A stretch of DNA of 64,000 nucleotides, taken from the NCBI GenBank assembly GCA_010015805.1, contig ML978125.1:2232001-2296000 (forward strand), written 5' to 3'. A model generated the notes under the pieces. The model made no database searches and was not told the origin of the DNA. It saw only the letters and a program-made list of their open reading frames with translations. Source of the stretch: Rhizodiscina lignyota. Lineage: Eukaryota. A program made the translations under genes and the position numbers. The stretch's first letter is position 1. Every line of letters begins with the position of its first letter. This document shows, piece by piece, positions 35,084-48,631 of this stretch.

Positions 35084-37493
35084 AGATCGCGCTGTGTGAC
35101 AGGCTGGAGTGTTACGCAAGGCCCAATGCTCACCAACGCCGGACTGGGCTACAGAGCGTCACCAGCAGAGCACAATCCAGCCTAAAGCGATGGCAGCGGA
35201 AATGCGCATCTGCAAAAAGATCAACGCAAATTTTTGTGCCAAGAGGAGAGATTCAGTAGGATAGATCTGATCGGGAGGCGCGTTTCCAAAGACGCAACTA
35301 GGGTATACCACCAACCACCACGCTCTATCCTTTATCGGAATGATATCTCTGCAAGATGGACGGGGGTATCAGGAAAAGGCAGTATTTGAAGAGAAGACGA
35401 CTTTTCATTGGGCTGAGAGAAGAGAAACCTCGGAGAAAGTAGAAACACTGCTTATCTGGAGCAAGAAGGGATAGCGCATAAGCCTTATCAGGAGCTGCAA
35501 GCAACAGCCTTGTGTGGCTCCACAAAGCAACAACCTCAGCCAAATTGCTGTCGACAGTACTTAAAGTGCCTGAGGTGCCTTTCTCCGCGGCCAGCTCTAT
35601 TATTTGATCGCCGGGCCTGCTCTGCGAAGGGTGGGAGCCTGGGAGGGCGATTTCGACACTTCGTGTTGAGTCTCTGGACGTGCGCTTGTGCAACTGGGAG
35701 CCCTTTCCTGCATTCAAGAAGCAAGCGATCATGTTTTTCAAGAAGCCTCAACGAGAGTTACTCATGAACATCGTGGTAGGTTTGTGGTTGGATCGTTTGT
35801 TTCCATTCAAGCTCGACCAAAGTTCACTTGACGTTCATCTAGACTTCCTTTCTCATCGCTAGCCCGCCCGCCGCCTTATCATCTTCATGTCAGCCAATCA
35901 TTTCTTTCCTAGCTCTGGTGACGAACTGCCGATGTACTCACTATGTATCTCATATTTCACAGCTCTACACTCGAGATGAAGTCTCTTCCAGGTGAAAATG
36001 CCCTCAAGCACCTTGACCACACTTCGTCTACACTTGTGGCTTCTCAATAATCGAGAGACGTTTTACATTCGGAGCACAACTGGTAAAGCTTATTCTCTGC
36101 CCATTAGGGTTGACATCTTCCTGAAGGATTTGATGATAAGACTCAGAGAGGATTCCGGAAATAGGCCATCAGCTCCGGCTGACAGAGGTTAAGATCTTGA
36201 AACATAATTCCTCTCTTGCGAGCTGGTCATTGAATTGCTCCTGAATGTATACAGCCGAGTCACCCATGGCGGAGCTCGTTGCTAGGACAATTTCAAGCTC
36301 GAAGGCGATGGACCAAAGGCAGCATCGTCTAACATTTACCTTTGTGGGAAATGTTGAATCGCCCTGTCCATAGAGACCATCTTGGTTGCAATTAAGCATA
36401 GTTCTTTTCATAGCTGTTTGATTCGTCGCCTGCATACTTCAATTCTTGTGAGACTGCAACCTTAAAACGCCACGCAACCCCGCTGCATTCTTCAAGAAAC
36501 ATTATTCCATGAATAGCATCAATCGTCTACACGGACCTGCTGATCTCCCTTGCACCTTTTCGCATTTCTGCAACCAATTCTCTTGTCTCAAAAGCTGTCA
36601 ATCCGATCCGATACTCCAGGGTTTCTACCACGATTTTCATCCTGCGAGCACTCGAACAGCGAATATCATCCCTTCAGAAAGCGCCTAGACCAATTTCGCA
36701 TACAGCTATCCTCGATATTCATTGCAAATTTCCCGAATTGTTCTCATCCGCAACATCGGATTTGCTCCTACGTATGTGAGTAAGAAAATGACCTGGCCAA
36801 TCGCCGAGCATTGGGCGCTGCTGCACAGACATGGGCTGTGCCACATAGAGCGGAGTCGCGCAGCAGGGGAGCTGACGGAGCAACGACTGTCTTTCATAAA
36901 GCCATTGTGTTGGGCCTTCCACATCTCAAGGTGCAAGCGATTCTTCTCTTCCGACCTCACGTTCCCTCGAACTTGCACAGCATTGGCCAGGCGCATGCTC
37001 TACTCTGGATATTTTCTACGAACATAACAGCTCCCCTCTCCGCCCAAAGAATGCGAACAAATCCTTTTCTCCACAGCTCGCTAGTTATTCGCTTAAATCC
37101 GAAACAATATTCTGATCCAATATTTTTACCTGCAATGACATTTGTCCATGCCAATGCCACCCATGGCCATCCAAGGTAGACCAGTCCAGTAACGAGCGAC
37201 GAAGACGCATCGAAGGTACTTGAACAACTTGAAAAACACAGAACTCCAAGTACATGCAACCCACCCCGCCGGGAGTTCATTCATGCGAATGAGAGGAGCC
37301 ACCCCAGGAACCAAAAAGCTTTTGCTCAGCTAACGAACGCCTTCCTGCCAATGCTCTAGAATAAGGATGCCGAGATGAAGATAACTCCAAGCTGTCGTGT
37401 CGTCATGTGCGAGAGGAAGAAGGCCACCAATTATGGATTACCGGAAGATGCGCGTCATAAAGTCGGCCGTTATGTGTTCGATGCGGGTTCGCG

Positions 37494-39104
37494 TTACTTT
37501 GAAGTAATGTTTTCCGGCTTGCGGCCCCATACAACGTAGCTGTGATATTTCAAACGTCAGCGTTGGTTCAAAATCGTTGGCAAAGAGTGGTCGAAACGGA
37601 AAAGGATTTCCGAAATTGGAATTGACCGCTCAGAGCACAAGCAAAACCCAAATCAGGCAGATACAAAGGGTCCACGTACACTTTCTGATAGGCGTGCACC
37701 CTCTTGTCCTGCAAGGCCTTCCTCACATCCACAAGGTATACTTCTATTTCTTCCTTCGTCCACCCGAGTCCTCTATGGAAGAATGCCAGACTGAAGCCTT
37801 GCAGTCCATCTAGCATATTCCGCTCATGAAAGCGGCCGATCAACTTGAATTGAGGGTCCTTGGGCCATGGATTGATCGGCACCTTGAACACTTCCTCCTT
37901 GACGTCCACGAATCCTGCCTCAGTGTACCAACGCTTCAGCTTGTTCGCGATCCGAAGTGGTCGACCCATATTCATGGCCGCCTCGTCATGGAGCTTTGCC
38001 CAGCGAAGGAGTGGCCAGTCGGCGGGCATAGTGCCATCGTCACAATATATGGATGGATATACCTCCTGGGACTCAAACCAGCCACCAGGCTCGACGTAGC
38101 GGAACGCTTTGCGGACAACATCACGGAAGTCGGTGAAAGAGCCGAGCATTGTGCGGGTATGGATGTAGGAGATGGAATTGGGTGGCATCATCCAGTCGTC
38201 TTCAGAGGCATCGTCGATGATAAACTTGACGTTCGCAGGATACCTATCAAATCACTGGAAGTCAGTATTGTGCCAGAACAGAGGACCAGCACATGCTACT
38301 CTTCATCGCAGGCATAGGCATGCATATTCCGAAGGTTCGAAATATTCCAAAGAAGCTGCTGACGTACCATTCTGGCTGGATGGGAGAAAGATCCGTTCCA
38401 ATCACCTATTCCTCCCGTCAGCGTCTCCAATGCTTCCGTTTCAGATACTTGACGTACCTGAGCATTCGGAAATTCTCGCGCCACCTCAATTGCCCACTTG
38501 CCGGTCCCGGTCCCAAGATCCATGATCTTAATGGGCGCGTTTAGAGGTGCAAATATATTCCTGCCACCAAACAGTACTTTATAGACGTAGAAGGCTAGGT
38601 CGAGTCTCTCATTTTCGGCCTAGATATTCGGTGAGTGAGGAAAGGCTTATCGAGGGAAGATATGGTCATACAAGGTCATTCGGCAGCATATAGGCTGGAT
38701 AGCGTGTCAGTATCGGAAGCCTTGTGAGAGATGGTTTGGGGAAGATACTCACAGCCTGCCATGTACGAATGATACGTTCGGCCATTCTCTTGTATGTAGT
38801 TGAAGATGCTGTCTCGAAGAGACTTTGTGCTACTGTAGAAGTTGTCAGCAAGGCTCCCGATACGCGATTGAAATGCGCACTCTTCCTCTGTCCGCTCTCC
38901 GACTTCGCTCAAGTTCTCGGACTGCCACGATCTCAGTCGCGCTGCCATCAATTGGCTAACGACACTGCTTCCAGAACTCACATCATCTGGCTCGATGACT
39001 TGTCCCACGGAACGCCCATCGTTGGATGATCCTGCGGAGAACTGTGAATTGAGACTCGTAGAGCTCGCCGCCATGTTCATCGAAGAGACGTCCACCACCC
39101 GCAT
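37494..39104 (-). CDS. Class I SAM-dependent methyltransferase, LaeA-like (Llm/TAM family)
   Basis: YIQENGRTYH, YMLPND, MDLGTGTGKWAIEVA, GTDLSPIQP, FIIDDASEDDW, YIHTR, PGGWFESQE, GFVDV, INPWPKD, final exon YVVWGRKP. Multiple introns; start uncertain. Confidence 0.9.
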
Positions 39105-41696
39105 GGGTCGCTATCCCGCGCTCTTGTGACAGTGACACACGACCAGCAGACTGGGCCACCGCGCTCCTCACACAACGCAGCGTCTGCCCAAGAGTAACAA
39201 TTCGCAGCTGGAGCGGCGAGCGACGTCGAGGCTAGACCCACGGGGGCGGGAGCGAGTAAAAAAGCAGCTGGAGGCTCCTCAGGCACACAAGGCTCGCCTT
39301 TTGCGGCAAAGAGCAGAAAAAGGTCGAGGCAGCACCAGTTCGCTGGGAATTCTTGCAACAACCTCTTCCCTCGAGAATCCCAAGCGAGCGGGTCGAGGGG
39401 TCGAGTTATTGGATCCCGTGGGCATGGGAAGGGCTCTGCTAAGCTCAGTTCCTCCTCACCGGGCAGCCGGCTCTATGGCCATTTTGCAGTAGACCGGACG
39501 ACTCGCTCAGATGCGCGTCGCCGCAAGCGGACTAACGCCGTCTGCAGTACGGGGCACGGCGAGGGGCAGCTGGGGCGTGCGCTGCAAATCACTCACCTTC
39601 ATCCGGCAAACGTTCCATGTCGAGGCTGGTCCATCGTGCAATGCCTGGCTGTCTGATCAGACTGCCATGGGTCGCCGACGCTCAGGCAAGACTCTAGCGG
39701 AACTGCGGCCCGTCTAGCAGAGCTTATTTTGAGGGGAAGCCAACCTGCAACTTCAGGCCTGCCGTCTTTGCCCTCCAACGTTGCATTTTCTTGTGATATA
39801 ATTTTCGGTCCACTGTCGGGTTTGTGTCCACCTACGGCCCGCCACCGTCGTACGTGACGCACGAGACCGACGCCGACACCGCGGCGAGCGCACGTCGACG
39901 TCTTCGACGCTGCTCTTCGTGTGACACACCCTCCGAGCGAGCGAGCGAGAGGCGGCAGCCCGTCATGTCATCCGCAGTGATGTGTCGCCAGGGATGATTG
40001 CGATTTCGAGGCTGCCCTGCTGAAATCCCCGCATCTCCACCGTGTCGAGATACTTGATCAACGAGCATGAATCCTGAATCAAATGAAACATACGTCTGCC
40101 CGCCGCTCCTGCCGCTGTACATGAGAGCGGTGACAGCTCTCCAGCAGCCATGAGCCACACAACTGTCAGACATTTTTTCAAGAAGCTCAGCCAGGTTTCC
40201 AGGTGAGTGGAACCGTGAATCCCACGTGTCAATCATCGCCAGCCACCTCCCCTAGCCTGGAGTGGCTGCCGGGTGGAGTGGAACCGCGTATGATTTGGGC
40301 TTCGTGAGCCTTTGGGCACCTCTTCTTTTGCTGCCAAGCTGACGGCTGTGGATGCATCCTTGCGGGCACTGCCGCAGCCTTGCGGAGAAGAAGCTTATAA
40401 ATTATATACAGGAGGTCCGGACGGAGCCGCAGGCTGACGACCATCCCCACTTGCTGCAAGCAAAGTTCCCTATGAGTTACATACAGGAGGCCGTGGTTTC
40501 GCGTTACTGGTGCTCGAAGAGATTGCATATTAGGGCTGTAAAAGTCCAAGCCAGACAAGCTGTTCAAAATTACCTTGCGCGAATATGAAGGCCGACTCAA
40601 ATCTCTAGAGGCCGCACGAGACAGATCATCCCCTTTCGTATGGAGTCACAGACATAGGTGAGCTTGCTGGTTCTGACAGACGAGGGTCTTTTCTTTCAGG
40701 ACCTGCAGTCCTAATCAAGCTGCACTCCTGATTTCGTCAATTGTGCTGCAGCGGAAACGCTCCACGCAACTGGCACAGACCTCACCATAATGGACGATTT
40801 CTCTGGCCACCCGCATCCGCACGATCAGCACTGCATCTCGGGTGATCCGGCAGTGTTTCAGTGAATGCATGTTAATGAATTCGTAATCCCGTTGGACAGG
40901 CCGCTGCGTTGTATGTTCTTTTGTCGTTCCTAAATGTGGTAGGATATGCACGTAGTGGCTCCCGGAGATTTTTCCGGCATAAGGCGAACGCCTCATCGCA
41001 TCTATACTGCCGCCGGACCAATGAGAACACACGGGATGGCGGTGAGTACTGAAGTCGTGGCTAGAAGCTCTGACAGCAAGCACAGAATAAGGCTCTTCGG
41101 TATGCTTTGACGAGCCCTAACGACGTATCGTCTCGTGCGCAGGAGCCAGAATAAGTATCAAATAGGCGACTGTGCCGATCGAAGGAGCGAACCTGCGCTT
41201 CAGCAGTCAGCAGTGCTTTCTTGGCTTGAGAAGTCTTTCAGATTCGTCGAAACAAGTATGCAGTAGACATGAGGAAAGAAATAGAATTGATGATCATATG
41301 CAAGGAAATGACCGAGGTAATGGGGAGAGCAACCAAAAAGCACCACTGCGATTAACAGAAGCAGGAATGAAGACGACTGTAGCACTCTCTTCTCAGGCAG
41401 CCGCTCATGTGTCAACGACTTAGGCTCAACTGTGCATTGAGCGGGAGTGCTTTCAAAGCAGAAGGCCAAACATAGCTCACACATTATGTAAAGACATGAA
41501 CGGCGTTCGAAATGTCCAAATACGATAAAGTTTTCCGAGGTCAAATGGATGTCTTCTGGAACCAAAATTCCCAAGGCGTTCTGAGTTGAAACACCGGAAA
41601 CACTGCGGAATAATACAGACAGGTGAAGAAGGGAAAGAGAGGTGCGGAGAGAGGGTACAATCAAATAGCTCATGCATCTAAACGTGAAGAAGACGA

Positions 41697-41714
41697 CAAC
41701 AACAACAACAACAA
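41697..41714. repeat. (CAA)6 microsatellite
   Basis: Directly visible in the sequence. Confidence 0.85.
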
Positions 41715-42075
41715 CGAAAACTTGCTATTGTAGAAAGGCACTGAGAGCATCGCCGTTTAAAATCGAATGAAATTAAACCTTCAAGATTTAATCAGTGCCT
41801 CGAGCGTGACAAAATAGCTGACCGCCAGCGAAGCCCGCAACGACGAAAGTGGCGCACTCGCACTTTAAGGCAAGCGAGACTGGAGCTGAAATCTTAGTTC
41901 CACATTCAATGTTCTTTGGAGCTAACTTCACAATAACACGCCATTGCAAAGTTATACGATTTTATTGCTTCCAGAGGCCCGACACAACAGCTGCTCAGAG
42001 TCTTGAACGAAGCTGCGTGCCAACAGTTTTAACTTTTGTCACGTGCCTTGACGTCTATCGCCTGGTCCGTGCCCG

Positions 42076-42099
42076 ACGCGTCGATCCAACGCGACGCGT
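42076..42099. promoter_or_regulatory. Cluster of MCB (MluI cell-cycle box) elements upstream of UNG1
   Basis: ACGCGT at 42076-42081, ACGCGA at 42089-42094 and ACGCGT at 42094-42099, about 150 bp before the ATG. Confidence 0.65.
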
Positions 42100-42244
42100 T
42101 CTCGAATTAGGATTAATAGGATTTCGTGGCGTCACACACACAGACCAACGGTTCCAGCTCCAGGCTCCAGGCATCCCCTTCGCTGTGATTCAATTCTCCG
42201 TCCTCTCCTCAATTCTGGCTTTCAGACTCCTCACGATATCAGCA

Positions 42245-43307
42245 ATGTCTCTAAAGAGGAAGGCAGGAGACGCTGCTGCGGCTGGCGCGAAGAAGCCGAA
42301 ACAGGACAGCAGCATCACGTCGTTCTTTGGCCAGGTAGGTAGATCGCCGTCCCTACATTGCAACTGCTGACCCTGTTTCTAGCCAAAGCCGGTGTCCACT
42401 ACCGCGTCGACAGCTCCGAACAAACCTCCAGCTCCAAAATGGGACAAAGATGCCTGGGTTGCAAAGCTCAGCGATGAGCAGAAGGAGCTCCTTAAGCTCG
42501 AGATTGAGACGCTGCATGAGAGCTGGTTGCAGCATCTCAAAGATGAAGTCACGAGCCCATCGTTCTTGAGCCTTAAGAGGTTCCTCAAGAAAGAGAAGGA
42601 GACTGGAAAGACCATCTTTCCACCACTCGAGGATGTCTACTCGTGGTTTGTCGCCGTCTTTTTCTATGAACCAGGCAGCTCGCAGTCGAGCAAAATCGAA
42701 TCGTTCCTACAGGACAACGCTAATTAATCTCATCTTCAGGTCTCGTCATACCCCTCTCTCAACTGTCAAGGTTGTCATCGTCGGACAAGACCCGTATCAT
42801 AACGTGAACCAAGCTCACGGCCTCTGTTTCTCCGTCCGTCCCCCAACCAAGGCTCCACCGAGTCTCGTCAACATTTACAAGGGCTTGAAGAAAGACTATC
42901 CTTCCTTCAAAGAACCCCCCAACAACGGAGGTCTTCTCACACCATGGGCAGATCGCGGCATTCTGTTGTTGAATACTTGCCTCACTGTGCGTGCACACCA
43001 GGCAAACTCCCACCAGAATCAGGGTTGGGAGCGCTTCACCCAGAAGGTTATAGACACGGTGGTCAAGGAGCGTAGGAATGGCGTTGTCTTCCTTGCCTGG
43101 GGAACTCCTGCACAGAACCGTGTTAAGAGCATTAGTGGAAAGCATTTGGTGCTAAAGTCTGTTCACCCGAGTCCTCTGAGTGCAGCACGTGGATTCTTCG
43201 ATTGCGGGCACTTCAAGAAGACGAATGAATGGCTGAAGCAGCGATATGGCGAGGGAAGCGAGATTGACTGGAATCTCAACGTTGACCCAGCGGACGCTGG
43301 AGTTTAA
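42245..43307 (+). CDS. UNG1: Uracil-DNA glycosylase family 1
   Basis: PIP-box-like [55 protein letters not shown] and HPSPLS. Two introns. Confidence 0.97.
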
Positions 43308-44776
43308 ACGTGCTGCAAAGCGAACAAAGGTTTGCTTCCGCGGCCAAAGGCTGTCTGCCTTTTTTCGGTTATAGCTTGGTGTTGAATGGTGTTCTTGAAT
43401 TTTTCTTACGACTATGGAGCTAAAGCTAAATTGATTAAAACGCGTAGGAGTTCAAGCCAGTTCAAGCGAATGAATTAATGGTATCTGAAGCAGTGTCACG
43501 TAGTGAACAGTCCACCAGGAATTTCACACTAATTTCTAGTAATATTGTGACCCAGTATCTATTACTCTTTTCTTCGGTCTAATTTGACTATTGGAAGAGA
43601 GTGTGATAGGTACAAATGCATGTTCATACCATCAGCTGACGACGGGATCAGCGAGTTTGTGTCCGATATTCTTCAGTAAGTGGATTGTTACACCATCATG
43701 TGTTCAACTTCAAGAAAGCAACCACTTTAACTAGGCCCCCAGGACGATGAGACACAATCACTCATGCTCAATCCGTTTTAGGGGCAACTGTACGAGTTAC
43801 GGATGTTCCGCCATCCTAAAAGAGGCATTGGTTGAACTAACTGAAGCGGATCTTACCCGACGGAGTAAGCCCATTTCATATTTAATGCTTAGCTCCACAC
43901 CAAAACCCATCACATCCATGCAGGGACAAGATGTAAGCCATGCCATGGCAAAATGAAGTCATTCCCTCTTTGAGAATCGGGGCTTTGATCACCCGGTGGA
44001 AAAGTGTATGCGATCTGAAGAGTGGTAGCGAGCAATGCCCTTTCAAATACCTACTTTCCCCTTTCTTCATCACACCGCTATCCATGCTCCCAGGAGTTTC
44101 CAAAGTTGGACAGTCAACACTAAAGCCATTAACGCATCTATCATCTGGTGTGGTACACTGACCAGCGGCCGTCAGGACCGCACTGCTATTGTACTCATCC
44201 GCTTTCACCGTCACTGCATTTCCAAGTCAGCTAATCATCTTAATTCTCATGCTAAGCTCTTTAAAGTGGAGAACCTAATATGCGAAGACCCACGATTGGG
44301 CCGCTACTAAGACTTACATTGACACGTTGCTGTAACAAATTCAACGAAAACGGCGCCGACGTTAATACCCGATCGTGACCGACATACGTTCGTCGACGAG
44401 GTGACAACTGCGCTAGTCCCACTGGAGCCGGTGCAGCATCCACCGCATTAGAAGGTGGTCTGGGAAGAGACAGGTTCGCTTGGATGATGATAATAACAGA
44501 GCGCGAAGAGGACGGGAGGGCCAATGTGCCCCCCAGTGGCTGCCACATGTTGGACATGCAATGTCACTGAGTCGGAATAGATCCCTCTTTACACTCTTCG
44601 AAGACGGCGGGCTGATTGCTTGGAAGCGCCTGGAATTTATCCGAATCGTAAGTATTGGAACCGAGTGTTACTCTAATTAGGGGATTTTGCCTTAGTCAAG
44701 GTAGTGAAGAAGCTGTTTCAAATTATTATTATTTTCTACATATTCTTTATTAGAGAGCCGAGACCGTTCAGGAGCG

Positions 44777-46332
44777 TTATCTAGCAAGCGGACTTGAGAA
44801 CTCTCTAGTTTCAGTATTTCCCTTTGTATAATCCGCCGGAAGTCCCTGGTCTCTCCATTTTAATTCATCGTGACTTGCGGCTGTAGTCCATGGATGCGCA
44901 AGGCAATCTTCAATCGTCGGCCGCAAGTCGGGGTCGACAGTAAGCATGCGGCCCACTAGATCCACTGCCGCATTGCTGATAGTGTCCCAGTATGGACTGG
45001 TAAACGTAAATTGGCCCAGCTGTATCTGTTCACGCATCTTGAACGGAAAGCTGGGGGAGTATAGCTCGTCGCTGAACGGTGGGAAGCCACAAAGACTGAC
45101 GTATAGTACTACGCCAGCGGCCCAAATATCGACAGCACATGTATAGTGCCGCCTCTCCTTGCCAACAAGCTCAGGCGCCATATATGCAGGCGTACCACAA
45201 GCTTCCGTCGAGATATAATCGGATTCGCCGACCTGGGCGAGGCCAAAATCGCAGAGTTTAATATTCAGCTGGTGATCAATGAAAAGTATGTTTTCGGGTT
45301 TGATGTCTCGATGTACGATATCTCGGTTATGCTGGCTCATGCGATAAGCGATCCCATCCATAAAACCGTGTTCACATAGTGACAACTCACCAGATACTTC
45401 AACGCCTCACCCAGCTGCTTGAAGACTTTTCTGGCCTCAGGCTCCTTCAACTTCTTTATTCTCACGCGATCGAAGAGTGAGCCTCCAGCGCCAAGCTCCA
45501 TCACAATGTCTGTCTCGGCAGTCTCTGTGAAGACGTCTCGCAAGTCCAATATGCGTCGGTGTTTCAGACTCATCATAACACCAATTTCGCGAATGGAAAA
45601 CGTGTGATTTGGTGCGCTTCTCTTGACCGCATATTGCTTCCCCGTGGACCGCTCCACGCACCGGTACACTTTCGCAAAGTGGCCCTTGCCAATACACTCC
45701 CGTTGGGAATACTTTGCCACAAATGTCGTAGCCTGCCTTCGTTTCACATACCAGAATGAGCATAGACCGGCCCCGGTAACTGAGAAGGAAATTTGGTCTC
45801 CAAAGCGTAACCGCCTGCGGCGGTTCTGTCCGACAAGTTGGCCGTTGACAAACGTGCCCAGCGTTGAGAGGTCTTGGACATATGCTATCAAGGTGCCAGC
45901 TTCACCTTGAGGGAATATTACGCAATGGCGCTCTGACACTGTGGGGAAATGTATGCTCCTGTCTGGGCTACCGTCAGCATGGTCGTCCAGCCTCGAAGAT
46001 ATCTCATCCAGAGCATATAACGACTACTCACCGCACTCGGAATGGTTGCCGAGAAGATATCCCTTCCCTGAGCTACGAGCACTACACTCATAACACGGAT
46101 CTCGTCGAGCTAGCTTGAGCGGATCGCCGAATAAAGGATCGTGCGGATACAAATATCCCCAGATCGCATCTTCTTGAGCGTACTCCTCTTTCGCAGTTGT
46201 TACAGGAGACTCTGAGCTCTGGCTAGACAGAGGCGAGGATAAATAATTACCGGTAGTGGAGAACGAGCTCGTGGCGTCAGAGCAATAGTCGCTGTCGCCA
46301 GTGCTATTATTGTGGATTATTAAACTACCCAT
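44777..46332 (-). CDS. FHA + Ser/Thr kinase, divergent Chk2/Cds1/PRD-4-like
   Basis: WGYLYP, FHA (GNHSEC|DRSIHFPTVSERHC...DLSTLGTFVNG), GKGHFAKV, AVK, HRDIKPEN, DFG, CGTPAYMAPE, GFPPFSDELYS, SPYWD. Two introns. Confidence 0.88.
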
Positions 46333-47797
46333 GTGATACAAAGTTGAGAGTGTTCAAAGACGGTTCTAAGATAAAGTCGTGCATGACTTCGGTGTTATGG
46401 GAATCAATTGAATGAAATCCTTTTATTCTTCTATTCATAAGCCACAAATGGTGAGGTTAAGGTGTGGCTTGAGAGTCCACATGGCGATGACGACAGCGTT
46501 GCTCAACGTACCATTCAGGGCAGGCGAAGCCGCCATGCTTGGAAGCTGGTTGGCGGAAGCAAGACCCGGAGATGAGCGTGAGTCTCGTGATGTTAATATC
46601 TTACATGTATGCTGCATTCTTCCCGTGTGCAGCAATGGTGGCAATGTCTGTTGAATTCAGTATTAGATCATCTGTGCCGCCCTCTTGTGGTCAGAGCAAC
46701 GTTCTTTCATAAACCCGGAGGCCCGGCTTGTGTAGGCTGGGGTGACAGATGTCGGACATGAAATCAAGAAACCGGTGAGCAAGACGTAATGGTCGTATAG
46801 AAGGCGTCCGACGGAGCGGTATCATGGCAAGGGCAGGTCAGCCACATGAAGATCGGCTAAAGATCGGCATCGACATGGGTCGGCGGAATAGACTCCGTAG
46901 ATAAAACCCTGAAAACAACTCTCTCTGACGTCGGCGGTCCCCCACGCTTGCACTCGTCTGAATCAACTGCAACAGGCGAAAAGTGCCTGTGCCCGAGAGC
47001 TCGGACGTGGGGCTTTTCTCTGAAGTCATCCTATCCTCCGTGCAGATGCTACGGAGACAGATCCGCCGAGTTCCAATAATCCAATTCGCATAACGCGGCA
47101 TTACGGAGACACATACAAGTGGCTGTGGGCGTTGCCCGGTGTTGCCATCCGGGCGAATCAATTTGCTGGGGCTATGGATTTGGACAAAAGGAAACGCCCA
47201 CCCAAAGACGTGAGACCGTAACAGCTACTACGCGTATCTTAGAAGCAAAACTTCAAATCGTCAGTTGAAAGCATGCTATCGTTCTAGTGCACTTAGTGCA
47301 CTTCCTCTCGGTTGACCAGGTCTAATTTACGTAGGTTCAACCCTAGGCATTTAGATATCGTTGTAACTGATGCATTAGGACTCTATAGTACCTCGCGTGA
47401 GCCGCATATGTGCCTATCAACTCTTTTCCTCAAAACCCGGATCTCAATGTGAGATTTCGTGATCAAAATCAGAACTCGAACGACACCAGTGTCTCAACTA
47501 ATGGTTGCATTTATTATCCGTTGTTTCCCAGTCTTACGGGCGACGTTTCGATAGCTGCCCAATCCTCAGCACTGACTGGATCGTCATTGTCAGTGACAGG
47601 ATGAATGGGGCAGGAACTTTCATTTTCCCCGCACAGCTATGCAAGATTCCGCGCTTTCGTTCTTCATATCCTCTTTAATGGAAGAGCGCCTTGGTTTTCA
47701 AACTGAAGAGTTCTCATCACTATCGAACAGTCTTTTCTAGCACATACTTCACCGTGGGCTTCTCTTCCATTACACTCTTCAGCCGTGCCTCTTCGTC

Positions 47798-48631
47798 ATG
47801 CTCACTTCCACCAGATTGAACGATATATACAGTGCCACCACTATGTCCGAATTGACAGATTATGCTTGGCCATCTGACCGACACATTTTCAGAGCTGACG
47901 ACAACGCCTGGATCACTTCCAATGCTGCTGAGATGGAGACTTTGATCGAGTTGAACCCTATGCTGGTCGAACACATGCCTCTCTTCGACGAGGCATCCTA
48001 TCCGTCAGCTCAGAGACGGAGTATAGACTTTTCGCGTGAGACTACGCGCGTTGTCCCGCCCAAAACGGCGCGGCACAATGAGGCTCGACAGCAGACCAGT
48101 TCCGTCTTCAAGGTAGACGCAGATAAATCCAGATATGGACCAAGCGAAGCAACAACTGGTAATGTGGAACACGAGATGGCTCGACTGCGCCGGCGAGCTT
48201 CGGATCCACGTCCACCATCCCGCAACGAAGGAACAGGCAGCATCAGCAGCATGAACAGCGGTACCGGTAGCCGTAATCCCCATGGCAGCATTCGTCGGAA
48301 CAAAATGGGCAGACCAAGCCGACGATCAGCAACAGACGCCAATGAAGAGGGCAGCAAGAACATTGACCACGAACGTTCCCTGCAACGCAACCGACAGGCA
48401 GCGGAGCGGTGCAGAATGAGGAAAAAGATCGCCGAGACAGAGCTGCAGGAAGAAGTGCACGGTATGGAATCGAACAATGCGCATCTTAAGGATCAGGCGG
48501 CAATGTTAAATGACGAGGTTCTAAATCTCAAGGCGGAGTGTTTGCAGCATGTGAACTGCGAATGCGACGGTATCCGGCACTACCTCACCGAAAGTATCGA
48601 CCCGGGTCGACGAGGACAGGCTGTCCAATGA
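47798..48631 (+). CDS. bZIP transcription factor, ATF/CREB (AtfA-D)-like
   Basis: Basic region RNRQAAERCRMRKK, leucine zipper, and LKAECLQHVNCECDGIRHYL tail. The 5' end is uncertain. Confidence 0.85.
   Translation: MLTSTRLNDIYSATTMSELTDYAWPSDRHIFRADDNAWITSNAAEMETLIELNPMLVEHMPLFDEASYPSAQRRSIDFSRETTRVVPPKTARHNEARQQTSSVFKVDADKSRYGPSEATTGNVEHEMARLRRRASDPRPPSRNEGTGSISSMNSGTGSRNPHGSIRRNKMGRPSRRSATDANEEGSKNIDHERSLQRNRQAAERCRMRKKIAETELQEEVHGMESNNAHLKDQAAMLNDEVLNLKAECLQHVNCECDGIRHYLTESIDPGRRGQAVQ

Noticed and set aside
35320..37320. Possible pseudogene between NRT2 and the methyltransferase
   Set aside because: Only fragmentary frames with many stops and no identifiable family.
41849..42244. In-frame upstream extension of UNG1 (mitochondrial isoform)
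   Set aside because: It overlaps the MCB promoter elements and lacks a convincing presequence; it cannot be supported without TSS data.
43880..44560. Possible spliced small gene on the minus strand (gtaagt donor ~44317, gctgac...cag acceptor ~44215)
   Set aside because: I could not build a convincing joined protein.
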